This document shows positions 38,125 to 45,880 of a stretch of DNA of 64,000 nucleotides, piece after piece (positions within the stretch are counted from its first letter, which is position 1; the number at the start of each line of letters is the position of its first letter). Source of the stretch: Hyphomicrobiales bacterium (GTDB lineage Bacteria > Pseudomonadota > Alphaproteobacteria > Rhizobiales > Beijerinckiaceae); contig CANGOE010000001.1 of NCBI GenBank assembly GCA_947455455.1, positions 38,700 to 102,699 on the forward strand, given 5' to 3'. The notes below the pieces were generated by a model. It was not told where the DNA came from. It did not search any database and worked only from the letters and a program-made list of their open reading frames with translations. Both the position numbers and the translations under genes were made by a program.

Positions 38125-38518
38125 GAAACCCTCGATAGTTGGTTTGTCGGGATGGCTGGAAAGCCGGTCAGCGGCATTGGCAGAGAATCATCATCAAACT
38201 GTCATGAAACTGGCCCGACCAAGACGCAAGGGCAAGTCCAATTCACGCAACACAGCCACGAATCCATTTTTAAAATCATCATATCGGGCCGCAACAGCCT
38301 GTCCGGATCGAAAGGCCGGTGTCCGGGGAGACCAAGATGCTTGTCCGTGCATGATCGCGGGCAAGCCATGCAAGCGCCCGCTTGGCGTTCGGGCCATTTG
38401 GTCTTAAGGATAAGAACAGGATCATGTCCGACCCATCGGGGTCTGGTATTTCGGGGCTGGCATGATTGTCCGTGTTCTTCGTATCCATCCGGAACGATTG
38501 TTTGCAATGGGGTTTTAC

Positions 38519-39637
38519 ATGTCTCCTCTTTTGTTTTCTCCGCTCAAGATCGGCGCTGTGACAGTGCCCAACCGCATCGCCGTTGCGCCCATGTGCCAAT
38601 ATTCGGCCTCGGACGGAACGGTGAATGAATGGCATCTGCAACACTGGATGAACATGGGCATGTCGGGTTCCGGCCTTGTGATGATCGAGGCAACCGGTGT
38701 CGAGCGCATCGGGCGGATTACCCATGGTTGCGTTGGCCTCTATAACGATCTCAACGAGCGTGAAATGTTCCGCACACTGCATTCGGCCAAAGCGGTGGCT
38801 TTGCCGGGTACCGTCTTCGGGATCCAGTTGGGCCATGCCGGCCGCAAGGCTTCTTCGCGTCGCCCATGGGAAGATGGCTCGGCCTGCCGCGAGGGTGACG
38901 ATCCATGGCAGACAGTGTCTTCGGCGCCCATCCCCTTCAATGATGGCTGGCCCACTCCCGAGGTGCTGGACGACAAGGGCATTGCCCGTATCATCCAGGC
39001 CTTTGCCGATGCCACCATCCGCGCGGTGCGTGTCGGAATAACTGTCATCGAAATCCACATGACCCATGGCTATCTGGTCCACCAGTTCCTGTCGCCTCTG
39101 ACCAACCAGCGCAGTGACAAATGGGGTGGATCGGCTGAAAAGCGCCAGAATTTTGCGCTTGAAGTGGCCCGCGCCGTGCGCGCCGCCGCACCAGCCGATA
39201 TCGCGGTGGGGGCTCGAATTGTCGGTTCCGATTGGGTCGAAGGTGGTCTGACCATCGATGATGCGGTTGACCTGACCAAAAAGATGAAGGCTCTGGGTGT
39301 CGATTATGCCTGCGTGTCCTCGGGCGGTTTGGACCCCAAAGCCCGCATCACGGTCGGTCCCGGCTATCAGGTGCCGTTCGCCCGCGAAATCAAAAAGCAG
39401 ACGGGCATTGTCACCCGCGCTGTCGGTATGATTGTCACACCGCATCAGGCCGAAGAGATCTTGCAGGCCGGTGATGCCGACCAGATCGCCTTGGGTCGCG
39501 GCATTCTCGACAATCCCCGCTGGGGCTGGCATGCCGCCGATGTGCTCGGTGTCGATCTGCCGCGCCCACCCCAATATGACCGCGCCCGTGCCAAACTCTG
39601 GCCAGGTTCGAAAATGGCGCGTGAAGTGGTGGCATAA
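38519..39637 (+). CDS. NADH:flavin oxidoreductase, Old Yellow Enzyme family
   Basis: MSPLLFSPLKIGAVTVPNRIAVAPMCQY, HGYLVHQFLSPLTNQRSD and GRG...NP motifs. An alternative in-frame ATG lies at 38462. A downstream hairpin plus T-run is at 39678-39710. Confidence 0.85.
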   Translation: MSPLLFSPLKIGAVTVPNRIAVAPMCQYSASDGTVNEWHLQHWMNMGMSGSGLVMIEATGVERIGRITHGCVGLYNDLNEREMFRTLHSAKAVALPGTVFGIQLGHAGRKASSRRPWEDGSACREGDDPWQTVSSAPIPFNDGWPTPEVLDDKGIARIIQAFADATIRAVRVGITVIEIHMTHGYLVHQFLSPLTNQRSDKWGGSAEKRQNFALEVARAVRAAAPADIAVGARIVGSDWVEGGLTIDDAVDLTKKMKALGVDYACVSSGGLDPKARITVGPGYQVPFAREIKKQTGIVTRAVGMIVTPHQAEEILQAGDADQIALGRGILDNPRWGWHAADVLGVDLPRPPQYDRARAKLWPGSKMAREVVA

Positions 39638-39677
39638 AGGGTCGGCAATCACCTGCCCGACAGGGATAGGGTATCGG

Positions 39678-39710
39678 AATGGCAGGGATCGTCCCTGCCA
39701 TTTTGCTTTT
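39678..39710 (+). terminator. rho-independent terminator downstream of the OYE gene
   Basis: AATGGCAGGGA-TCG-TCCCTGCCATT perfect 11-bp stem followed by TTGCTTTT. Confidence 0.75.
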
Positions 39711-41235
39711 ATGCTCCCCGCGCCAGAACCTTGCGCACGCCGTCCAGCATGGCGGTTTCGGACACAGCGAATTGCGCTTCGGCTTGCGCCTTCAGATAGG
39801 CTTCGCGATCGGGAGCGGAGGACAGGGTCGCGCCAAGCACCAGATCCTTGATCAGCACCTCGCCGCGCTCGCGCTCATCCGAGCCCTGGATGACCACACA
39901 GCGTGCGCCGCGACGGTCGGCATATTTCATCTGCGCTTTCATGCCGGAATCGCCCAGATACAGTTCGGCCCGCAAGCCGTCCTGTCGCAACAGGGTGACC
40001 AGTTTCTGGTAATGGGCAATCTGGTCCCGATCCATCACCAGCACCACCACCGGAGCCGTTGCGGCCTGGTCATCGATTTTGCCCAGCAGGCGCAAAGCGG
40101 CCAGCAGGCGCGAGACACCGATGGAAAAGCCGGTGGCAGGCACGGGCTCGCCCCGAAAGCGCGAGACCAGCCCGTCATAACGGCCGCCACCGGCGACCGA
40201 GCCGAACCGCACCGGACGGCCATCATCGCCTTTGACCGCAAAGGTCAGTTCGGCCTCGAACACCGGACCGGTATAATATTCCAGACCGCGCACAACCGAA
40301 GGGTCGATCACAATGCGCGAATTGTCATAGCCTGCGGCCTCGAACAACCCGGCCATCGTGGCCAGTTCCTGACAGCCCTGTTCGCCCCGTTCTGAGCCAG
40401 CGACAGCCGACCTGAAATTGGCAAGCGTCAGCGCGACATTGCCGACAGGGCTTTGGGCGCCCGCGCCCTGATCGCCCCAACCGGTAAACTGGATGACACG
40501 TTCGATGGCTTCCGCATCCAGTCCCGCGCCTTTGGTGAAATCGCCGCTTTCATCCTTGCGGCCCGGGCCGAGCAATTTGCGGATTTCGTCGGCGGGGAAT
40601 TTGTCGAGCTTGTCAATCGCCCGCAACACGGTCAAGCGCCGTCCGGCATTGTCATCACCGGCCAGTCCGATTGCTTCCATGACACCGTCGAGCACTTTGC
40701 GGTTGTTGACCTTGATCTGGTAATCGCCGCGCGCAATCCCCACCGCTTCCAATGTGTCGGCCATCAGCATCGCCATTTCGGCATCGGCGGCCACCGAACC
40801 CGCGCCGACAATATCGGCATCGCATTGCATGAATTGGCGGAAACGGCCGGGACCCGGCTTTTCATTGCGAAACACCCAGCCCGAGCGCATCGAGCGGAAG
40901 GGCTTGGGCAATTTGTCGAAATTCTCGGCGACATGGCGGGCCAGCGGCGCTGTCAGGTCATAACGCAATGACAGCCATTGATCGTCATCATCCTTGAAGG
41001 AGAACACCCCTTCATTGGGCCGGTCAAGATCGGGCAGGAATTTGCCGAGTGCCTCGGTGAATTCGATAAACGGGGTTTCCAGCACATCGAAGCCGTACAG
41101 CACGTAGGTCTCGCGGATTTTGGCCAGCATCCGCTCGGTCGCGGCCACATCCAGCGCGTCGCGATCGGCAAAGCCGCGCGGCAATTTGGCATCGGGCAGG
41201 GATTTCGGCTTGTCGTGCTGTGTCTCGTTGGTCAT
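39709..41235 (-). CDS. hisS: histidine--tRNA ligase (long ~500-aa form)
   Basis: Class II motifs ([33 protein letters not shown]) and a C-terminal anticodon-binding domain, 508 aa. Confidence 0.92.
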   Translation of the reverse strand: MTNETQHDKPKSLPDAKLPRGFADRDALDVAATERMLAKIRETYVLYGFDVLETPFIEFTEALGKFLPDLDRPNEGVFSFKDDDDQWLSLRYDLTAPLARHVAENFDKLPKPFRSMRSGWVFRNEKPGPGRFRQFMQCDADIVGAGSVAADAEMAMLMADTLEAVGIARGDYQIKVNNRKVLDGVMEAIGLAGDDNAGRRLTVLRAIDKLDKFPADEIRKLLGPGRKDESGDFTKGAGLDAEAIERVIQFTGWGDQGAGAQSPVGNVALTLANFRSAVAGSERGEQGCQELATMAGLFEAAGYDNSRIVIDPSVVRGLEYYTGPVFEAELTFAVKGDDGRPVRFGSVAGGGRYDGLVSRFRGEPVPATGFSIGVSRLLAALRLLGKIDDQAATAPVVVLVMDRDQIAHYQKLVTLLRQDGLRAELYLGDSGMKAQMKYADRRGARCVVIQGSDERERGEVLIKDLVLGATLSSAPDREAYLKAQAEAQFAVSETAMLDGVRKVLARGA

Positions 41236-41313
41236 GCGCTTGATCCTGACTGTGTGACACGGGTGGTAGCGCAGGCCGGGGCGTGCGGCAAGTCATCCTC
41301 ATTCCTGCGGCCC

Positions 41314-41352
41314 ATAAAAAAGGGCGGCGTGGCCCAATGGCCAGCCGCCCTT
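41314..41352 (-). terminator. rho-independent terminator downstream of the aminotransferase gene
   Basis: The minus strand reads AAGGGCGGC-(inner TGGCC...GGCCA)-GCCGCCCTT followed by TTTTTTAT. Confidence 0.75.
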
Positions 41353-41371
41353 CGGTAGTCTATCCCGCAGA

Positions 41372-42721
41372 TTAGGCCACGCTGAGGATGGTTTTGCGCA
41401 ATTTGTCGATCAATTCGTCGATTTGCGCATCCGAGATGATCAGTGGCGGGGTGACGGCCAGCGTGTCGCCGGTCGAGCGGATCATCATGCCGTGTTCCTG
41501 GAAGGCCTTGTCCATAGCGTTGAAGGCGCGCTTGCCGAAGGCATCGGGGATCGAGGCCAGATCGATGGCGGCGACCAGACCGATGGTGCGGATATCGAGC
41601 ACATTCGGCAGGTCTTTCAGCGTCATGATCGCATCCATCCAGCGCGGTTCGACCTCTTTGGTGCGCTCGAACAGTTTTTCATCGCGATAGACATCGAGCG
41701 TGGCCAGAGCGGCGGCGCAAGCCAGCGGATGGGCCGAATAGGTATAGCCGTGGAACAGTTCGATCACATGCTCCGGTCCTTTCATGAAGGCATCGTAAAT
41801 GCCCTTGCGGGCAATCACGCCGCCCATCGGGACGGTGCCGGAATTCACGCCCTTGGCGAAGGTGATCATATCGGGGATCACACCATAACGCTCAGCGGCA
41901 AAGGGAGTGCCCAGACGGCCGAAACCGGTGATCACTTCGTCGAAAATCAGCAAAATATTGTGTTTGGTGCAAATCTCGCGCAACCGCTTCAGATAACCCT
42001 TGGGCGGAGGCAGAACGCCGGTCGACCCTGCCATCGGCTCGACAACCACGGCGGCGATGGTGGAGGCATCATGCAGGGCGACAATCCGCTCCAGATCATC
42101 GGCCAGATGGGCACCCCATTCCGGTTCGCCTTTGCTGAAAGCCTGCTCGGCACGGTTATAGGTGTGCGGCAGATGGTCGACACCTGCCAGCAGGGTGCCG
42201 AAGAATTTGCGGTTGGCAACAATGCCGCCGACCGAAATCCCGCCGAAGCCGACCCCGTGATACCCGCGCTCGCGGCCGATCAGGCGGGTTTTCTGGCCCT
42301 GTCCCTGAATATTCCAGTAGGCGAGCGCGATTTTCAGCGCGGTATCGATCGATTCGGATCCTGAATTGCAGAAAAACACATGATCGAGATCGCCCGGTGC
42401 CAGATCGGCAATGCGCGAGGCCAGCTGGAAGCCTTTGGCGTGGCCGAACTGGAAAGCGGGCGAGAAATCGAGTTCTGCGGCCTGCTTCTGGATCGCCGAA
42501 ACAATCTCGTCGCGCCCGTGGCCCGCATTACAGCACCACAGACCCGCCGTGCCATCGAGAATCTGGCGGCCATCGGAGGTGGTGTAATACATATCCTTGG
42601 CACCGGCGACCATGCGAGGGCTCTTCTTGAAGGCGCGGTTCGCCGTAAAGGGCATCCACCAGGCTTCGAGATCGTTTGGGGCCAGCGCGGATTGCGTCGG
42701 ATAGGGGCGAGCGGCAGTCAT
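41372..42721 (-). CDS. class-III aminotransferase (omega-amino acid / beta-alanine:pyruvate transaminase type)
   Basis: WMPFT, GLWCCNAGHGR, FFCNSGSE, DEVITGFGRLG and FAKG (PLP Lys) motifs. The ATG at 42721 is preceded by GGAG; the longest ORF extends to 42742. A terminator lies at 41314-41352. Confidence 0.88.
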   Translation of the reverse strand: MTAARPYPTQSALAPNDLEAWWMPFTANRAFKKSPRMVAGAKDMYYTTSDGRQILDGTAGLWCCNAGHGRDEIVSAIQKQAAELDFSPAFQFGHAKGFQLASRIADLAPGDLDHVFFCNSGSESIDTALKIALAYWNIQGQGQKTRLIGRERGYHGVGFGGISVGGIVANRKFFGTLLAGVDHLPHTYNRAEQAFSKGEPEWGAHLADDLERIVALHDASTIAAVVVEPMAGSTGVLPPPKGYLKRLREICTKHNILLIFDEVITGFGRLGTPFAAERYGVIPDMITFAKGVNSGTVPMGGVIARKGIYDAFMKGPEHVIELFHGYTYSAHPLACAAALATLDVYRDEKLFERTKEVEPRWMDAIMTLKDLPNVLDIRTIGLVAAIDLASIPDAFGKRAFNAMDKAFQEHGMMIRSTGDTLAVTPPLIISDAQIDELIDKLRKTILSVA

Positions 42722-42988
42722 GGGATGCTCCTTCAGGGACAAAACGGTATTCCGACCAATTTACACCACAGCCTCGGCCTTGAAACAACCCATATTCACT
42801 CATTTGCCCCGATCTGTCGGGCTTTTGAGGGGTTGAAAAGGGTTTGAATAGCAGACTATTCTTGCTATGAAGATTGTCTGGTTCCTCTGCCCTAGGGCGA
42901 AGGAACAGGTGTCGCGTTTTGTGTTGCGTTCCGGCGTTTGTTGTTTTTGGCCCTCCAGTCGGGGGCTGACACAGAAGGTTCGCGTGCA

Positions 42989-44428
42989 ATGCCGTTGGCA
43001 CAAGTGACGAAGGGGAGTGGCGGCTTTGCCAGCCCCGATCCCGAAGCCGTTCAACAGGCTTTGATGCAAATTCTGGCCAGTTCGGAATTTCAGGCTTCGC
43101 CGCGCCTGTCGGCTTTTCTGACATTCTGCGTGGGGCGCTCCATCGAGGGCAAGGCCGACACGCTCAAGGCCTATACCATCGCCACGCAGGTGTTCATGCG
43201 CCCCGATCATTTCGATCCGCAGGCCGATCCGATCGTGCGGGTCGAGGCCACGCGGTTGCGTCGGGCCATGCAACGCTATTACGGGCAGGAAGGGGCCAAC
43301 GATCCCCTGCATCTGCACATGGAGCGCGGGCAATATGGTGTCAGCTTCATTCCTGTGGCTCCGGCTCCGGTTCAGGCGCAGGCCATGCCGCAATTGAGCA
43401 TTACCCTGCTTGAAAAACTGGCCGCTATTGCCGATGGCCGCAAGGATGGCGGGGAACAGCAACCAGCCCCGCCGCCGCCGCAGGACATTTCTCCCCTGCC
43501 GCCGCCAGCGGCTCCGCCGCAGGCGACTTTGGGTTTTTCCCTTGCGGCTTTGCCGCTGGACCTCAAACTGGTTCTGCTGGGTCTTTCGGCCCTTGCCGCT
43601 TTGTTTGTCGTGGCCTGGTACAATGTGCCGCCCCCGATCATCAGCCAGAAGCCCGACAAGACTCTGGCCGCCAAAGCCGGTTTGACCGCACGGGCTTTCC
43701 AGCCCGCCAAGCTGTCCGTGGTTGCCGAAGCCGCTGCTCCGGCGCTTGGTGCATGGGTGGACGATCTGCGCGATGCGCTCTCGCATTTTGATTCCATCAT
43801 CGTGCTGGATGCCCTGTTGCAGGGGGACAAGCGGGGCGGGATCCCCGATGTCCAGCTCACGATCCGCAAAACCGGCAAGGGCTCGCTGATGCTCCGGCTG
43901 GTGCAGGTCGCAACCGGCGAGATTATCTGGTCGAAGGATTTGCCCTTGGGGACAGAGCTGGAACATGATCCCGCTGTTTTATCGCCGATCTTGACCGAGC
44001 TTGCGGCATGGGATGGCCTGATCAACCGCCGCCATTGGAGCGCACCGCAATTCGAGCGAAACAGCGCCAATGACGATTGGCCCTGTCAACAGCAGGCCAT
44101 GCGGGCCTTGCTGGCTGGCCAGCTTGATCTTGTGCGACAGGCACAGGCCTGTTTCGACAAGGATCCGGCATCCGGCCTGTCTTGGGGCAAACCGCAATGG
44201 CGGTTGCGGCTCGATCTGATGGCCTTGAAACTGGGCGATAGCGGGATCCCGTCCGCAACCGTTCTGGCCGATGCGCAACGCCATATCCGGCAATCGCCCC
44301 TGTCAGCCAGTGCCTATGGATTGGCGGGACAGATTTTGGTGCTGACAGGGCAGATGCAGGAGGCACAAGAGATGTTTGCCAAGGCCCGCACCCTCAATCC
44401 CTATGATCTGAGTCTCGAGCGGCCTTGA
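42989..44428 (+). CDS. ToxR/CadC-like membrane-anchored regulator: OmpR-type winged-helix remnant, Pro-rich linker, one TM, periplasmic domain with a TPR-like tail
   Basis: The N-terminus aligns by eye to the trans_reg_C pattern (SPRLSAFLTFCV...DPIVRVEATRLRRAMQRYY...GQYGVSF). This is followed by PAPPPPQDISPLPPPAAPPQ, the TM segment LVLLGLSALAALFVVAW, and ~280 aa of extracytoplasmic sequence. The ATG at 42989 is preceded by GAAGG. The longest ORF starts at a TTG at 42938. Confidence 0.6.
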   Translation: MPLAQVTKGSGGFASPDPEAVQQALMQILASSEFQASPRLSAFLTFCVGRSIEGKADTLKAYTIATQVFMRPDHFDPQADPIVRVEATRLRRAMQRYYGQEGANDPLHLHMERGQYGVSFIPVAPAPVQAQAMPQLSITLLEKLAAIADGRKDGGEQQPAPPPPQDISPLPPPAAPPQATLGFSLAALPLDLKLVLLGLSALAALFVVAWYNVPPPIISQKPDKTLAAKAGLTARAFQPAKLSVVAEAAAPALGAWVDDLRDALSHFDSIIVLDALLQGDKRGGIPDVQLTIRKTGKGSLMLRLVQVATGEIIWSKDLPLGTELEHDPAVLSPILTELAAWDGLINRRHWSAPQFERNSANDDWPCQQQAMRALLAGQLDLVRQAQACFDKDPASGLSWGKPQWRLRLDLMALKLGDSGIPSATVLADAQRHIRQSPLSASAYGLAGQILVLTGQMQEAQEMFAKARTLNPYDLSLERP

Positions 44429-44458
44429 TCATTGGCACAGGCTCGCCCATGATGGCGC

Positions 44459-45409
44459 TTGCGAGAGGTTGTTTTTGCTTGGGTGCCGGACGTGGATTTG
44501 TATCAGGCCCATCAGTTTGATTTGCCGTTCGAGGTGCATGGTGACCCCATGGCATCGGGTCCGCTCCTGTTCAATTCTCCCCATTCGGGTGCCGATTATC
44601 CCGCCGCATTTGTCGCGGCCTCGCGCCTTGATCCCCTGAGCCTGCGGCGCTCAGAGGATATGTATGTCGATGATCTGTTCGCGCCGGTGACCGGACTGGG
44701 TCTGGTGATGCTGAGGGCGCATTTCCCGCGCGCCTTTCTGGATGTGAACCGCGAACCTTTCGAACTTGATCCCTCGATGTTTGCCGGTGATCTGCCCGAT
44801 TATGCCAATATCCGCTCGCTGAGGGTCACTGCAGGCTTGGGCACGATTGCCAAAATCGTATCCGACGGGGCAGAAATCTATCAAAAGCCGCTTGAGGTGG
44901 CGGAAGTTCTGGCACGTATCCACGCGCTCTATCATCCCTATCATGACAAATTGGGGCAATTGCTGAGGTTGTTGCACCGGCGGCATGGCTTTGCCGTGCT
45001 GGTCGATTGCCATTCCATGCCCTCATTGCCGTTGCGCGATCTGCACCGGCGGGCGGATATCGTCATCGGTGACCGGTTCGGAACCAGTTGCACCGCCATG
45101 GTCAGCGATGTTGTCGAACAAAGCCTGACCGATGCCGGTTACAAGGTCGCGCGCAACCGGCCCTTTGCCGGAGGTTTTATCACCGAGCATTACGGCCAGC
45201 CCAAACAGGGATTGCAGGCGATCCAGATCGAAATCAACCGCGCTCTCTATATGGATGAGCGCACCTACCAGCTCCATCGCGGCTTTATGCTTTTGCAAGA
45301 GGATATGATGCGAATGGCCGGCGCGCTGGCCGAGGCGGTCGCACAATCGCCTTTGACCGTATCGCCTTGGGCCAACAGCACACCAAACGGCCGGCTGGCC
45401 GCCGAATAG
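44459..45409 (+). CDS. N-formylglutamate amidohydrolase (FGase/HutG-like) family protein
   Basis: LLFNSPHSGADYP, FLDVNREP and VDCHSMP motifs are typical of the FGase family. It has a TTG start and the exact start is uncertain. Confidence 0.78.
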   Translation: MREVVFAWVPDVDLYQAHQFDLPFEVHGDPMASGPLLFNSPHSGADYPAAFVAASRLDPLSLRRSEDMYVDDLFAPVTGLGLVMLRAHFPRAFLDVNREPFELDPSMFAGDLPDYANIRSLRVTAGLGTIAKIVSDGAEIYQKPLEVAEVLARIHALYHPYHDKLGQLLRLLHRRHGFAVLVDCHSMPSLPLRDLHRRADIVIGDRFGTSCTAMVSDVVEQSLTDAGYKVARNRPFAGGFITEHYGQPKQGLQAIQIEINRALYMDERTYQLHRGFMLLQEDMMRMAGALAEAVAQSPLTVSPWANSTPNGRLAAE

Positions 45410-45441
45410 CAGGATTTTGGCTGTCCGGTCCGGGTGGAGCC

Positions 45442-45470
45442 AAAAAAAATGGCCACCAGAACGGCGGCCA
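45442..45470 (-). terminator. rho-independent terminator with no associated annotated gene
   Basis: The minus strand reads TGGCCGCC-GTTCT-GGTGGCCA (one G.U pair) followed immediately by TTTTTTTT. Confidence 0.6.
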
Positions 45471-45584
45471 AAGTCTAGGGAGGAAACGCCCAAGGTGGGC
45501 AACGGGATGTCGCGCTCGGCGCAATATCGCGTTGCAACAATATGCTCTTGCACCGCACAAAAAGCAAGAGCATCGGGAATATGT
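45442..45584 (-). ncRNA. candidate trans-acting small RNA (putative; unverified)
   Basis: A minus-strand TATAAT box (45596->45591) is followed by a 10-bp perfect hairpin (45542-45573). Next comes an unpaired CGUUUCCUCCCUAG (complement of 45475-45488). The element ends in an 8-bp stem, 5-nt loop and U8 terminator (45442-45470). No minus-strand gene is nearby. Confidence 0.35.
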
Positions 45585-45644
45585 CCTGAAATTATAAAAT
45601 CATTCAAAATCAAATGGTTGCAGATATTATGATTTATTTTTGGT

Positions 45645-45659
45645 ATGCATTAAATGCAT
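45645..45659. promoter_or_regulatory. perfect 7-1-7 palindrome in an AT-rich tract
   Basis: ATGCATT-A-AATGCAT, located in the only strongly AT-rich stretch of the FGase-hisN spacer. Confidence 0.3.
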
Positions 45660-45815
45660 GGCTCTTCTGATATTTATGGGTTTCGATCTGATTTTGCATC
45701 CGTCTCTTGAAAATTGGGTCACCGGTCTGGAGGGCGAAATTGTCATCTGACGGCTTTTGGATGCGGATCCGGCTTGCGTGGCGGGCCGGAATCGCGTCTC
45801 TAAACAACATCAAGA

Positions 45816-45844
45816 CTGTTTGTTCAATCCAAGGGAACAAACAG
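45816..45844 (+). promoter_or_regulatory. perfect 10-bp hairpin/inverted repeat 37 nt upstream of the hisN start
   Basis: CTGTTTGTTC-AATCCAAGG-GAACAAACAG, with no U-run. It could be an operator or a 5'-UTR structure. Confidence 0.35.
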
Positions 45845-45880
45845 GTCTGTCTGGATTGGCCAGTGCATGTGGGAGTCGTG

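Noticed and set aside
38130-38460. A possible pseudogene remnant or structured RNA between the 63-codon ORF and the OYE gene.
   Set aside because: None of the six frames gives a recognisable protein fragment. Only short 4-6-bp stems are present, with no terminator or known RNA-family signature. I report it only as part of the coding-poor island finding.
45421-45449. The hairpin TTTTGGCT...AGCCAAAA directly after the FGase-family gene, considered as its terminator.
   Set aside because: On the + strand the stem is followed by an A-run rather than a U-run, and the interior pairs poorly. The A-run is better explained as the U-tract of the adjacent minus-strand terminator.
45507-45632. A plus-strand small Cys-containing ORF (MSRSAQYRVATICSCTAQKARASGICPEIIKSFKIKWLQIL), with GGGAGG located upstream.
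   Set aside because: The GGGAGG lies ~23 nt from the ATG, which is too far. Codon usage is AT-rich and atypical (ATA, AAA). The same GGGAGG is better explained as the complement of the CCUCCC stretch of the minus-strand sRNA candidate, which has its own terminator. I keep it only as an alternative hypothesis.
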